Below are positions 28,849 through 40,246 of a stretch of 64,000 nt of DNA, one piece after another. The translations under genes were made by a program, and so were the position numbers. The notes beneath the pieces are model-generated. The model was not told the origin of the DNA. It ran no database searches and saw nothing but the letters and a program-made list of their open reading frames with translations. Origin of the DNA: Spirochaetia bacterium (GTDB taxonomy: Bacteria > Spirochaetota > Spirochaetia > SP-2023); contig CBDDCK010000004.1 of the NCBI GenBank assembly GCA_965225855.1, forward strand, positions 64,001 through 128,000. Reading direction: 5' to 3'. Positions within the stretch are counted from its first letter, which is position 1; every line of letters begins with the position of its first letter.

Positions 28849-30525
28849 CTAACGATTTCGATAGACAAATGCATCTTTATAGCCAGCTATACGAACTCGG
28901 CGCAGTATATCAGTAACTTGGGATTCATTCAAATTGCCAATCAAACAGCGGTAATATTTCTTGCCGTTAATATTTGCTGGAACCACATTCATTTTATATT
29001 TGTTGGTAAACCGCTCATAAACTTGGCGAGTTTTAAGTATATCTTGGAATGATGCTAATTGAATATAATAGCCATCGGGTAAATGCAAATTGTTTAGGTT
29101 GACAATTTTTTGCGGTATGCGCGTTGCAACTACAGGCGAAGGTTGTGCTTGGTTGAGAATTTGATCAAGAGTTTTAGACCGTGTTCCCCCTGCCGATGGC
29201 ATGGCAGAAGGGGTAGTCGGTTGCTTTTCATCTGGTTCAAAAGATGGACTGGTTTCAATTGTCGCATCATTTGGCTCTGCGGGCGTGCTTCTTTTTGGCA
29301 CTATCCTTGGGATTCTATTTAGGCTGCCACTAGGGGGTGGATTCATATCGGCTATAGTAGGAAAGTAGATTTCTGGCTTTTTGGGAATATTTGAAGGTTG
29401 AGGCGGGTTAGCTGTTTTCGGTGTATGCCCCCATTCTTGCTTGGTAGAAGAATTTTCTGGAGCTTCGTAAGAAGGACGATTTTGGCTTAGCTTTTTTGAC
29501 GGTGTCGGAATTAAATCACCAGGCCTACTGCGGGCTTCGCTTTTTCCTTCTGTAGTTTCAGTTTTTGCCGTGTCTTTATCGGCAAATCCACGGAAAGGCG
29601 TGGGGCCTGCATCACTCCTCGGTGGTATTGTTTCTTCGAGAGCAGGTTTTGGTTCTTCGCTAGTAATGTCTTTTATCAAAAGAGGTTCATCGGCTTCCTG
29701 AATCGATTCTAGCTCATTGGGATTGGGCTTTGCTGTAGGGGCAATGATATTGAGCCTCGGTTTTTCTATTTCTTGGGGTGGTGTATTTCTACTGGGAACA
29801 TGTTTATACGATGGAGGGCTGGTTTGGCTTTCACGATTGTACTGTCTATTTTTAGGTGCAAAAGGTTCTTCCGCAGGCGTTTGGGCTACAGGCGGGATTT
29901 CTGCCCTAGGGGGGAGGCCAGTAACTATAGCACTTTCGGTAAACAGTTCAGCTTCACCATTTTTGGGGATTGTGCTTAAAGCTTGGGTTTCCACAGAATC
30001 TGTAAAACCATTGGGGCTATCAGAATTTTGCGGGGGATAGTTTCTCGTATTCTGGATAGGAATTCTTGAGCCTGTTGGATTTTCTGGAATATTGATAGGC
30101 TTAGTTGGCGTTTCTTCCATAGCACGAGGCAGAATATCTGTCGTTTCAACTGGGCTTGCAATAATGCCTTTGTATTCCACGGCAGGGTTTACTTCCGCAT
30201 TATTGCCATTCAGGGCTAACTGAACAATGCGCACTTCGGCAATACTGCCCTCTCCTAGCTCCAAGCGACTAGATGCTTCTGGTGAAAGTGCGATTTTTCG
30301 ACCTATTATTTTCCGTTGCTGTACGGTAAAAACTTCAGTTCGGCCTGAATCTGGATTGGTTATACTTACCCAACTATTCCCTGGAAATAGATTTACCAGT
30401 GCTATTGAGTCATTCAAATTTGAGTCGATTAAAACGGGAAGATGGTAAATACCGTTTGCAAATAGTAGCTGTTGAGCTGTATTTATAGAGCCCCATAGAA
30501 AAAGGGCTAAAAGAACTTTTTTCAT
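28849..30525 (-). CDS. Exported SPOR-domain protein with long Pro-rich linker (RlpA-like N-terminus possible)
   Basis: Signal peptide; WVSITNPDSGRTEVFTV; C-terminal YYIQLASF...YYRCLIG...GYKDAFV. Confidence 0.8.
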   Translation of the reverse strand: MKKVLLALFLWGSINTAQQLLFANGIYHLPVLIDSNLNDSIALVNLFPGNSWVSITNPDSGRTEVFTVQQRKIIGRKIALSPEASSRLELGEGSIAEVRIVQLALNGNNAEVNPAVEYKGIIASPVETTDILPRAMEETPTKPINIPENPTGSRIPIQNTRNYPPQNSDSPNGFTDSVETQALSTIPKNGEAELFTESAIVTGLPPRAEIPPVAQTPAEEPFAPKNRQYNRESQTSPPSYKHVPSRNTPPQEIEKPRLNIIAPTAKPNPNELESIQEADEPLLIKDITSEEPKPALEETIPPRSDAGPTPFRGFADKDTAKTETTEGKSEARSRPGDLIPTPSKKLSQNRPSYEAPENSSTKQEWGHTPKTANPPQPSNIPKKPEIYFPTIADMNPPPSGSLNRIPRIVPKRSTPAEPNDATIETSPSFEPDEKQPTTPSAMPSAGGTRSKTLDQILNQAQPSPVVATRIPQKIVNLNNLHLPDGYYIQLASFQDILKTRQVYERFTNKYKMNVVPANINGKKYYRCLIGNLNESQVTDILRRVRIAGYKDAFVYRNR

Positions 30526-30976
30526 AATAAAATTTTACACAACCAGTGGTTATGCTTTCCCCTCCAAAGCTGCAAAATATAAGGCCACCAGCCTAAATTC
30601 GCACCACCTAACTCTAACTAAGATTGCAGGGGCTGACAAAGAAAAATTTATGTTTTTTTAGAAAAATGCAATTTTGGTTTCAAAACGGGAAGTGCATGAT
30701 CAAACAGTTGAGGCTTATAACTAAAAATAAAAAGATTAGCCGCTTAGTTTGCATTCTAAAATATGAAAATGATATAATAACAATTTTTATCAGGACTTGT
30801 TAAGCATAAAAACTTAATCACAATAATCAACCTTATGGTTTAGGCCAATTCAGTACTTGTATGGATAGCCTTGTAATGATTGGAATTTTATACTCGGGCA
30901 AACAGCAATGCAGAAAATGTAGCAAATTACTCGTAACCCAATTTACCAATTTATTAAAACAAAACGGAGATTCTAT

Positions 30977-31786
30977 ATGCAACAAATTACACTCTTTAAT
31001 CGCCTCTTCTGTAGGCGCCATATTAGGCAAACAATGGCCCTGTTCTTAATAATAACAGGGTTACTAATCAATAGTATAAATATTCATTCTCAAAATTTAT
31101 CAGATAAAGCACAAAGCCAAGCCGATAAAATTATGGCGATGCTCAAGCAATCTTCAGAAGATATTTGGCAATTTCAAGTACAAGCAAAATTATTATCATA
31201 CAACCCCGGAACTGGTGAAAATATCAAAACAGAATTATTGATCTATGCTGATCGCAATAAAGGTAAAACAAAAAGTTTGGCAAAAGTTTTAGCACCAGAA
31301 CGTAGCGAAGGCCAAATCTTCCTCAACAATATCAATGTATATTGGGTTTTCTACCCCAAGTTACAACGTTCGCTAGCCCTTTCGCCGCTATCTACTTTAG
31401 CCGGTGATGTAAGTATTGGCGATATTTTAGCCCCCCCACCATTGCAAATTTACAAACCCAAAGTATTGGAAAGTGATGGCAAAAAACTCGTACTAGAACT
31501 GATAAAAATGGTGCGGAATGCTCCTTATACCAAAGTTATCCAATATTACGAAGGTGATATTCTAAAAAATGCTGAATTTTACGGTGGTCAAAGCGGAAAA
31601 ATTTTAATGAAACGGGCACAGTATCTAAAGCCCATAAAAAACAGAGATGACTATTTTTATACTCAAGTCAAGATTCTCAATGAGTTACAAAAAGGAAGAT
31701 ACACTATTATCGCCTTTAGCCAGCCACGGGATATTAAAATTCCTACAGCTTGGTTTAATCCCAATAATTTAACCAAAGTACCATGA
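30977..31786 (+). CDS. Outer membrane lipoprotein-sorting protein (LolA-like)
   Basis: LAKVLAPERSEGQIFL, WVFYP, LAGDVSIGDI, APYTKV and C-terminal IPTAWFNPNNL. Confidence 0.75.
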   Translation: MQQITLFNRLFCRRHIRQTMALFLIITGLLINSINIHSQNLSDKAQSQADKIMAMLKQSSEDIWQFQVQAKLLSYNPGTGENIKTELLIYADRNKGKTKSLAKVLAPERSEGQIFLNNINVYWVFYPKLQRSLALSPLSTLAGDVSIGDILAPPPLQIYKPKVLESDGKKLVLELIKMVRNAPYTKVIQYYEGDILKNAEFYGGQSGKILMKRAQYLKPIKNRDDYFYTQVKILNELQKGRYTIIAFSQPRDIKIPTAWFNPNNLTKVP

Positions 31787-33456
31787 TCATCTATTTTTTT
31801 TGGAGAAAAGCTTTATTTTTTAGACCATCGTTTGGGATTTTCTTAGCTTTATTATCGTTAGGTTTATTGTCTTTAATAAGTGGGTTTACAGCTCAAGAAA
31901 CCATGGAAATTAAAGACCCTTTTGCAGCCATTCCCGATTTAGATTTTACAGATAATGCTGAAGAGAGCGAAGTTAGTGCGGCTTTTGGTGACATTGAAAA
32001 TGAAATTGGAGATGAACCTGATCAAAAAAAATCTTTTTGGCGCAATGAAACACGGCTTAGTAACAGGCTAGGAACTTTAGGACGGGTCTTTCGCACAACA
32101 AGTCTAACCAATATGGATAATCGCTTAAACCTACGTACATTAGGTTTATTCCTTGAACTTGACCTTGAAGCCAGTTTGTCTTTGTTGTATCTTAGCCTAG
32201 AGGGAATAGAACGTAAGGCTTTCAATTTAGTACTCAATTTTTATAGTAAAGCCAGTAATGACCAAGCGAGTAACCCACATGTATCAAATTCCATACCACC
32301 AGAATTGGCATATTTTTCTTTTGGTTTCCACCAACTTTACGCTAGCATTTTTGCAAATTTAGGGCAGGGTTCTAATACGGATATTGAATTGAGTATAGGT
32401 AGACAACCCTATTCTCAAGGAGTCTCTATCTACTTTAATCCATTAAATTACTTAGATGACAGTGGTTCTTTTTTTGAAGCGAAAAACAATTGGCAATTGT
32501 TGCTTGGTTTATCTTTGCCCAGTTTTGCTCTGCGCTTGCGCTATATGCCTGTATTGCGCTTCCATAAAGATTCGCCCCTGCAGGCCAATATTTTAGATGC
32601 AAATGAACATAATTATAGTACTTGGGAATACACCTTTTCATTTTTAGAAAGCCGTAACCGTAGGCAATTATTATCTTTAGAAGCAAGTTTATTTCTGGGA
32701 CAAAGCAACTGGCAGCTAGTAGGCTATGCTGTAGAAAAACTCTTTTATGATTGGAGTGAAGGTTTTTATCTGGCTATAGGGGCCAGCGGCCTACTACCTT
32801 TTAGCATTCGCACGCAATATTTCCAAATCTATGCCGAAGGCCTACTAGGTAATGGCATTAGCAAATTAGGGAAGCTAAATAAAAATAATATGCTGGCCTT
32901 AGGTTACAGTTTTAAAAAAAACAGAAAGTCGTTTCCCCGTTATTCATGGCAAAATGCTGATGTCGATCAATTACAATTTCGTGGTTTGCTGGGTCTGCAG
33001 TGGACTCCGCTGGCAAATTTTGATATTTATGGAGAATACCGCTATGACGGTAGTGCATTGCATGTCCAACAATTACTGCGCCTTTTGCGTGGGTTGAAAG
33101 ATTATAATGAAGACCGAAATAATCCACTTCAAGGGTTGTTTTGGCAAGGGATGATTGAACGAAAATCATTTGCCAAGCCGTTTTCTTTAACCCAGCATGT
33201 TGTCGCTCTAGCAGCTACTTTGCGTAACATCGCAGATTATTTGGATTTACAGTTTAGCTATTTTCTTTCATTGCCAGATATTTCCAGCTCTTTACACTTA
33301 AAAGCCAGTTTATATTTGTTTGATCGAGAATTGCAATTGTATGCCCAAAACCGTTGGTATTTGCCCAGCCCTCTAGCCAATTTTAGGAATTCAGGTGCTT
33401 TTGGCAACGTACCATACTTAGTTGATATAGAATTGGGTCTAGAATTGCAACGCTAA
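31783..33456 (+). CDS. Putative outer-membrane beta-barrel protein
   Basis: Signal peptide, amphipathic beta-strand pattern, QLYA..IGRQPYSQG..FNPLN motif; ATGA overlap with preceding gene. Confidence 0.55.
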   Translation: MIIYFFWRKALFFRPSFGIFLALLSLGLLSLISGFTAQETMEIKDPFAAIPDLDFTDNAEESEVSAAFGDIENEIGDEPDQKKSFWRNETRLSNRLGTLGRVFRTTSLTNMDNRLNLRTLGLFLELDLEASLSLLYLSLEGIERKAFNLVLNFYSKASNDQASNPHVSNSIPPELAYFSFGFHQLYASIFANLGQGSNTDIELSIGRQPYSQGVSIYFNPLNYLDDSGSFFEAKNNWQLLLGLSLPSFALRLRYMPVLRFHKDSPLQANILDANEHNYSTWEYTFSFLESRNRRQLLSLEASLFLGQSNWQLVGYAVEKLFYDWSEGFYLAIGASGLLPFSIRTQYFQIYAEGLLGNGISKLGKLNKNNMLALGYSFKKNRKSFPRYSWQNADVDQLQFRGLLGLQWTPLANFDIYGEYRYDGSALHVQQLLRLLRGLKDYNEDRNNPLQGLFWQGMIERKSFAKPFSLTQHVVALAATLRNIADYLDLQFSYFLSLPDISSSLHLKASLYLFDRELQLYAQNRWYLPSPLANFRNSGAFGNVPYLVDIELGLELQR

Positions 33457-33554
33457 AGATATAAGGTCTATAATATTTATACACAAAATTCTAGCAAGTC
33501 GCTAAAATCAAAGTAGCTAAAGAGCCCTTTACTTTTTAGCTATATCGTTTTAGC

Positions 33555-34547
33555 GTGCGAGAAGCTGTGAAAACAAAAATTATCTACAACCCCAAAAGTG
33601 GTAAACGCAAATTACAGCCAAAAATGAGTTATGTGGTTGAACAGCTTAGTGCCGCAGGCTATAACAATGTGGAAGTCTATCCCACTAAGACCGCTGGTGA
33701 TGCTTGTGAAGCGGCTTGTGTAGCCTGTGCCAACGGTTTTGACTTACTTATTGCTGTAGGCGGAGATGGTACTGTCAGTGAAGTGGTCAATGGTTTGTAT
33801 TTACAACGTGGTAAAGAAAATGGAAATTCTACCAAAATACCGATTCTCGGCTATATTCCTTCAGGAACTTCTAATGACTTTGCTTCAGCTCTGCGTATTC
33901 CCAATGATCTTCGTAAAGCAGTAAAAGTCATTACCGAAGGGCATTGTGCTCAAATTGATATTGGCAGTGTAAACCAACAACGCAGCTTTAACTATATTTT
34001 GGCCGCGGGAGCTTTCACTCGATTAACATATACCACTCCCCACCACTTAAAACGGCTTTTGGGGGTTTGGGCTTACCTTAAAGATATTTTGTGCGAACTC
34101 CCGCTGATTAGCAAGCCCTTTCGGCTGCGATTGACCATTGATGGCCAAGAAATCTCTGGAGAGTATGTAATTGCTTTGATTATCAATTCCCCAAATTTTG
34201 CTGGTATGCGCAAAGTGGTGCCAAATTCTTGTATGGATGATGGTTTTTTCGACATTTTGCTATTGCCTAAAAGTAACCCTAAAGTTTTTTTTTCAGCTTT
34301 ACGAGGTATGGCGTTGGGCGTAGATGAAAGCATTCAGGAATCAGGTATTTTATATTTGCAAGGGAAACAAATTCTAATCGAAAGCGAAAAACGCTTGGAT
34401 TGGAATATTGATGGCGAATTGAAAGGTAGCGATCATTCGCTTGAAGGCAGAAGTCTAATGGCAATAGAATGCCAACAAAAATGTTTGAAAATTATGGTGC
34501 CGTCAATGGCTATGCATAAAGTTTTATTTAATCAAAATATTGGATAA
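33555..34547 (+). CDS. Diacylglycerol/lipid kinase (YegS/DgkB family)
   Basis: IYNPKSG, GGDGTVSEVVNG, PSGTSNDFA, DDG and NIDGE motifs. Confidence 0.92.
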   Translation: MREAVKTKIIYNPKSGKRKLQPKMSYVVEQLSAAGYNNVEVYPTKTAGDACEAACVACANGFDLLIAVGGDGTVSEVVNGLYLQRGKENGNSTKIPILGYIPSGTSNDFASALRIPNDLRKAVKVITEGHCAQIDIGSVNQQRSFNYILAAGAFTRLTYTTPHHLKRLLGVWAYLKDILCELPLISKPFRLRLTIDGQEISGEYVIALIINSPNFAGMRKVVPNSCMDDGFFDILLLPKSNPKVFFSALRGMALGVDESIQESGILYLQGKQILIESEKRLDWNIDGELKGSDHSLEGRSLMAIECQQKCLKIMVPSMAMHKVLFNQNIG

Positions 34548-35123
34548 GTCTGGGCAAGATTAACAAATAGCAAGCACAAACTGTATCATGAGCAAAATAG
34601 CCAATAATTTGCCAACTTAAACATTCTGATTGCAATATATGGAATCCTAATATAATGTTTCGTCCCCATATAAATTAAACATAGCACTAACTCTTACTAA
34701 CACTACTATTTATATCTGATTAAGCCTATTCTATACCTCTTACTAAAGCTAGTCTGAATTTCAAACTAGCATTACTTGCAAGTCGTAACACAAAATGAAT
34801 AAGCACCTTCGCTGTACAAAGATATTTTAATAACTTCATATTTAATAGACATAACAAAATTCTTATGATAATTATTTTTACTACCTTAAATTAAAGTAAG
34901 TACGCGATTATTTAGAGATACCTGAAAAGCATCAAGAGTAAATGAGTTTAAACCCAACATAAATTTTACTCTATTTTTATTGGGTAATTCTACATTACAA
35001 AACGGAAATGGTAAAAATTCAACAATACCTCTTTTCATTTATGCAGCAAATCAGATAATAGTTTTGTTTTATATATTAAAAGCAAATCCGCTGCTAGCCT
35101 TTGCTTATGAATGAGATTACTAA

Positions 35124-37685
35124 ATGGCAAATACCCCCATACAGTATGGCACTATCATTAAAACAACACCATTTACCGATATAGAACTACCACACCACCG
35201 GGAATATCAGAAAAAAATATCCGCAGACGATATTAATAAGCGTTTTGCCAAAATTGAAGAGATGCTTGTAGACTTGCAAGCCTTGAGCCTTGATATCCAA
35301 AAACAACAAAATGCAACAATCCAAAATTATATAGAACAGCATGCAATTGTTCAAAATATGGCAGAGAAAAATAGCCACAATGACCAAAACCACCAGCAGT
35401 TATTTTCTATCCTAGAGATTCTAAATGAGGACATTCAATTTCTAAAAGAAAACATGAGCTCAATGCAGTATTCTTTAGAGCAAATGGAGACCCAATGGGA
35501 TCAATGGGAAACATTCATTAAAGATTTGGAATACAACCAACAAACGCAATTGCAGCAAGTACAAGTCGTTCAGCCTTACGAAGAACGTATAGATCCAGAC
35601 CAAGGCGAAACGATAACTAAAGATTCTAAAGCCAACACAACCGAAATGGCTCATAATAGAATTGATGATATGGAACGGTTGTTACAGCTTGAAGAAAATA
35701 TCCACAATGAATTAAAGCAACCTATTACTGAAACTTCCTTGCAAACAGAAAAAGCAGAAAAGAAACACTCAAATCCTTATGATGGCTGGTCTAGTTCAGA
35801 ACCCGAACAAGCAGTTTTAGGGTTAGGCAACCGTGATATAGACTCTACCGAAGAAGAGATACACAAAGAAAGTAATTTCTTCTCAAATGAACTTGAAGAA
35901 AATATAGAGTCGATCATTTTGGAAGAAGATCGCTCTCTTGGCAAAGGCTTTGAAACTTTATTTGATAATGAAACTGTAGATGATTTGTATAATGATAATG
36001 TCGAAAGTGATGAGAACGATACTCAAGATTCTGAAAACCTAGAGCAACTTCTTGAGGAAGGGCTGGACGATGATTCTCTTTTTAGAAATACAGAAGATAT
36101 TCCCAATAATAGTGATGATCTTAACATGGATTCTAAAGAGTTGAAGAGCACCTTTGATGGTGAAGCGTTGAATAACGCAGAATGGGATTTATTGGAATCG
36201 GAAAAAAATGCCCATGCAGATGGGAAGGCGGATAAAAATACCAATGATTTGCCAGAAGATAGCTTTATCTTTCTTGCTGAACTAGAAAAGAATCTAGTGG
36301 TTGAAGGCGCAGAAATAAACCCAATAGTTGAAAATGACATGAATAATAATTTTCATGAAGAATTAGAATTGAGTATTAATTCGGAAGCCATTGATTTTAT
36401 TTTTGACGAGTCCTATCCAGAAACGCCAGAAAATATTAATAGTACAATCACAGATATTTTGGCTGATTGGCAAAATATGCAAGAACAGCCAACAGAGCCA
36501 AACACGAGGCCGAACAGCAATATTGATTATCAACAAGAAAAAGACAAACAAGCTCTGAATCGTTTTCAAGTGGAAACACAAAAAAGTGGAAATGAGGATT
36601 TTGGTGATGAAGAAATATCAGAAGATGAATTTATTACGTTTGACTTAGACCACCCTGCTAATGAGACCTTCAGTGTTATTTCCGGCACCCAGTCCAAAGA
36701 ATCGGAAGGCTCAAATCTTCTCGATAAACAGGTAGAGCTAGATGATGGAGTTGTAGAGCAAACCATAACAAATAGTCCAAATAATTCGATGCAAAATTCT
36801 TGGCCAGGGACATTGTCTAATCTGGAAACTGAAAAACAAGAGAATATTGAGGCCCTCGATATTGATGAAATGATTTCCAATTTAGACGATGGGCAAGATT
36901 CTCTTGTACTATCTTATACTCAAAAATCATTTCCAAAGTTGCCTCAAGAGCCAAAAAAACCGCAAAAGCAGCCAACCAATCAACAGCTAAATGAGGCTTC
37001 GACCTATCTGGATAATAAGCAAAATTTGACCGATCAAGCTTTTGAAATTCTAAATGAGCAACAACTCACCCCTTCGGCTCAGAATGAACAGCTTGATAAT
37101 GAAATTTCCCAGCTTTTGATAGAATTGGGAAACCCAGAAAGTTCGGATAGCTCTTCATTAAAAAATGGCGATAACAATAACCAACATCCTGAAAGCTCAC
37201 TTCAATACTTGGAAATCCCAACTGATCCTCTTGAAGTTCCCAAAAGCCCTAATACAGATTATTTAGAAGAACCAGAATTGCTCAAGAGTTACAGAGAGCA
37301 AGCTCTACAAATAGAACCCAATTCTAGTCCAATAAAAGATATACCCCACTTTGCCATCTCGCCAAGTACAGAACTTTTATGTAATCAACTTGCTGTTCAT
37401 TCGAGTTTTATCAATGTCCCAGATGATCTATTTGAATCTATTCCAAAGCAAATTGAAAATCCAATTGAAGCAGATAATTCCAATATCATTATTTCTGAAG
37501 AAAATCTATTCCAAACTTTCGATGATGACGATGAAATAGCTGAAATTATCCAAGTCGATAATATTGAAAAAGATGAAGGCATTCCTGTATTAAATCTTGA
37601 TTTAAGTACTATTGAAAACGATTTTTTATTAGATGATGAGTATGATGATAGTGATATTCAAATTACAGAAAAGGAAGAAATATAA
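35124..37685 (+). CDS. Hypothetical very acidic protein with N-terminal coiled coil
   Basis: 853-aa ORF rich in D/E/N/Q, low complexity. Confidence 0.65.
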   Translation: MANTPIQYGTIIKTTPFTDIELPHHREYQKKISADDINKRFAKIEEMLVDLQALSLDIQKQQNATIQNYIEQHAIVQNMAEKNSHNDQNHQQLFSILEILNEDIQFLKENMSSMQYSLEQMETQWDQWETFIKDLEYNQQTQLQQVQVVQPYEERIDPDQGETITKDSKANTTEMAHNRIDDMERLLQLEENIHNELKQPITETSLQTEKAEKKHSNPYDGWSSSEPEQAVLGLGNRDIDSTEEEIHKESNFFSNELEENIESIILEEDRSLGKGFETLFDNETVDDLYNDNVESDENDTQDSENLEQLLEEGLDDDSLFRNTEDIPNNSDDLNMDSKELKSTFDGEALNNAEWDLLESEKNAHADGKADKNTNDLPEDSFIFLAELEKNLVVEGAEINPIVENDMNNNFHEELELSINSEAIDFIFDESYPETPENINSTITDILADWQNMQEQPTEPNTRPNSNIDYQQEKDKQALNRFQVETQKSGNEDFGDEEISEDEFITFDLDHPANETFSVISGTQSKESEGSNLLDKQVELDDGVVEQTITNSPNNSMQNSWPGTLSNLETEKQENIEALDIDEMISNLDDGQDSLVLSYTQKSFPKLPQEPKKPQKQPTNQQLNEASTYLDNKQNLTDQAFEILNEQQLTPSAQNEQLDNEISQLLIELGNPESSDSSSLKNGDNNNQHPESSLQYLEIPTDPLEVPKSPNTDYLEEPELLKSYREQALQIEPNSSPIKDIPHFAISPSTELLCNQLAVHSSFINVPDDLFESIPKQIENPIEADNSNIIISEENLFQTFDDDDEIAEIIQVDNIEKDEGIPVLNLDLSTIENDFLLDDEYDDSDIQITEKEEI

Positions 37686-38906
37686 ATGGAAATAAATAGC
37701 GATTATTTAATTATTGGTGCTGGAATTGCTGGTCTAACCGCTGCTACAACTATTCGCAGTTTGGATAAAGCTGCCACTATCACTTTGATAAATGGCGAAT
37801 ATCACTCACCATATAAGCGCACAGCTCTTAGTAAATACCTTGCTAGCGGATTTGCGCCCGGCGACTTTACTTTAGCAACAAAAGAAGATTTGCAGAAATC
37901 CTACAATATACACTTGCTGGAAGACATAATTAAACAAATCGATTATGAACAAAAGCTAGCGATAGCTGGGCATTGCCAATATGGCTATCGTTATTTAATT
38001 CTTGCCACTGGAGCTAAGTACGAATTGCCAGCAGGGCTTCAACACCCAAAAATCAAATTCTACCATAACAAACAAGAGACCTTGGCCTTGCAAGAACAAC
38101 TTAAAGGATTACCAAATATAGCTATACTCGGTGGTGGAGTTCAAGGTATTGAAACTTGCTATGAATTGCTCAAATTGAGCAAAAATATCTGTTTAATCGA
38201 TCCACATGAAACCCCCCTTGCCCGATTTTCCTTCCCTTATATTAGCGCATATTTAAAACAAGACCTTGAAGATAGAGGCGTACAATGCCATTGGAACCAG
38301 CGAATTTGTAATTATACAGATTCTATTCTCAATGAATTTGAATTGACAGTCTGTTGTTTTGGAACAATACCAGTAACAGAACTATTTCCAAAAGACGCTC
38401 TGTTGCAGGATAACTTACTTATTGCACCGGGTGTTTTTGTCTGTGGTGATAACCTTGTATATTCTGGCCCAAATGCAGATTTAAATACAAATCGCTGTAC
38501 GCTCTGGCACGAAGCAATGGACTTAGGCCAATTAGCCGGCCAAAATGCAGTAAGACTTGCACAGGGAACGGCTATAGAAAATCTAACCAAAATGAATCGT
38601 AAAGTTTATCGCACGAAGATTGGCATCATAGATAAAATTTTATTTTTGGGTGCTCCCATCTTTCTGGCAGGAAAAGATAATCTTTACAGTGAAAAACATT
38701 TTCTCTTGTCCAATTCAGATTATTACCAGTTAATCATCGACCAACAAGACAAACTCATTGGAGCTTCCCTTCTCTGTGAAAATCGCGACTTACTCCAGCC
38801 TTTACAGCAAGCAATTTGGGAAAATCTCGAGTATGGACAAGCTTGTTCCATTTTAGACATTCCACAAAGCAGTGAGTTTGACGGTTTGTTCCCAAATTCA
38901 AAATAG
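37686..38906 (+). CDS. FAD-dependent pyridine nucleotide oxidoreductase (rubredoxin reductase/NirB-N-like)
   Basis: IIGAGIAG, PYKRTALSK, LILATGA, LGGGVQGIE, VFVCGD and GQLAGQN motifs. Confidence 0.8.
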   Translation: MEINSDYLIIGAGIAGLTAATTIRSLDKAATITLINGEYHSPYKRTALSKYLASGFAPGDFTLATKEDLQKSYNIHLLEDIIKQIDYEQKLAIAGHCQYGYRYLILATGAKYELPAGLQHPKIKFYHNKQETLALQEQLKGLPNIAILGGGVQGIETCYELLKLSKNICLIDPHETPLARFSFPYISAYLKQDLEDRGVQCHWNQRICNYTDSILNEFELTVCCFGTIPVTELFPKDALLQDNLLIAPGVFVCGDNLVYSGPNADLNTNRCTLWHEAMDLGQLAGQNAVRLAQGTAIENLTKMNRKVYRTKIGIIDKILFLGAPIFLAGKDNLYSEKHFLLSNSDYYQLIIDQQDKLIGASLLCENRDLLQPLQQAIWENLEYGQACSILDIPQSSEFDGLFPNSK

Positions 38907-38964
38907 AAAAAATAGAGTTTGTTTGGAAAATCTTGGAAGATATTTTAATTGAAAAGGAGTATAT

Positions 38965-39534
38965 ATGAAATGTTCTATATTTATTGCTACCAGTGCAGAT
39001 GGTTATATTGCAACACAGGATGGAAGTATTGATTGGCTCTATACAGCAGGGAATCCAGAAATTGAAATGGGGCCAGTAGAAATGGGCTTCACAGATTTTA
39101 TTGCATCTGTAGATTGTATGATTATGGGGCGCAAATGCATGGATATGATTGCCAGTATGAATTTAAGCCGAGAACAATGGCCTTATGGAGATATACCTGT
39201 TTTTGTGTTGAGCAATTCCATTTCAGAAGCCCCTCTCAATTTGCGTGATAAAGTGGAAATTTATTCAGGGCCTATCCCAGATTTATTAGAACGATTAAAT
39301 AATAAAGGTTATCAACACGCCTACATTGACGGTGGGGCAACTATTACAGCTTTCTTAAATTTGAAACTTATAAATCAAATGACAATCACCAAAGTGCCCG
39401 TACTCTTAGGTGAAGGGATTCCACTTTTTGGCAAAATTAATAGTAATATCAAACTTGAAGAATCAAAAGCAAAGGCATTCCCCAACGACTTTATTCAAAT
39501 TCAATACCGAGTAAAATACCAAGAATCAACATAG
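38965..39534 (+). CDS. Dihydrofolate reductase family (RibD C-terminal-like) protein
   Basis: IATSADGYIA..DW, MGRK, YIDGG and PVLLGEGIPLF motifs. Confidence 0.88.
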   Translation: MKCSIFIATSADGYIATQDGSIDWLYTAGNPEIEMGPVEMGFTDFIASVDCMIMGRKCMDMIASMNLSREQWPYGDIPVFVLSNSISEAPLNLRDKVEIYSGPIPDLLERLNNKGYQHAYIDGGATITAFLNLKLINQMTITKVPVLLGEGIPLFGKINSNIKLEESKAKAFPNDFIQIQYRVKYQEST

Positions 39535-39581
39535 ATACGAGCTTCATCGTAAAATTTTTTGCTTCTATAGTTCTACAAAAA

Positions 39582-40241
39582 ATGAAGATAAGCAAATTGC
39601 TTATTGGCATTACAGGTAAAAGCTGTGCTGGTAAAGATTTTGTCTGCACAATTTTAAAAAATTGGGGCTACAATGAGCTCAATTTGGATAAAATTGGACA
39701 CAAGGCACTACAACAAAAACAAGAGATTGTTCTTCAAACTTTTCCCGAAATAACAAACGCACAAAAAAATATTGATCGCAAAAAATTGGCGGATTTAGTC
39801 TTTCGCAAAAAGGCAGCATTGCATAAGCTAGAGGCCATACTGCATCCATATATGAGAGAGCTTGTACTAGAAGAGCTCAACAAACTTGTTTATACAAACT
39901 ATATCGTATCAGGGGAACATACGGTGGATTACTCATCAAGCGATTATAAATTGATTTTAAATGCTGCTGTTTTGGAAAAATTAGGGCTTTTGCCTCTTTG
40001 CGAGCTAGTTCTGTGGGTAGAGGCTCCTTTATGGATTCGTGCCTGGCGAGCTCAAAATCGCGACAATATCGGCTTCTACAAATTTTTATATCGAAATTGG
40101 GCCCAACGCAATCTAAAGAAACCATTTCAGCATAATAATATATACTGTATCACCAACAATAAAATCCGCCCCCAAAATGCACAGTCCGATATTCTTCAGC
40201 AATTGATACGAGTTCCCCAGCTTGCATTGGAAGTTAGGTAA
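39582..40241 (+). CDS. coaE: Dephospho-CoA kinase
   Basis: IGITGKSCAGK, DKIGH, IDRKKLADLVF and LEAILHP motifs. Confidence 0.88.
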   Translation: MKISKLLIGITGKSCAGKDFVCTILKNWGYNELNLDKIGHKALQQKQEIVLQTFPEITNAQKNIDRKKLADLVFRKKAALHKLEAILHPYMRELVLEELNKLVYTNYIVSGEHTVDYSSSDYKLILNAAVLEKLGLLPLCELVLWVEAPLWIRAWRAQNRDNIGFYKFLYRNWAQRNLKKPFQHNNIYCITNNKIRPQNAQSDILQQLIRVPQLALEVR

Positions 40242-40246
40242 TTATC

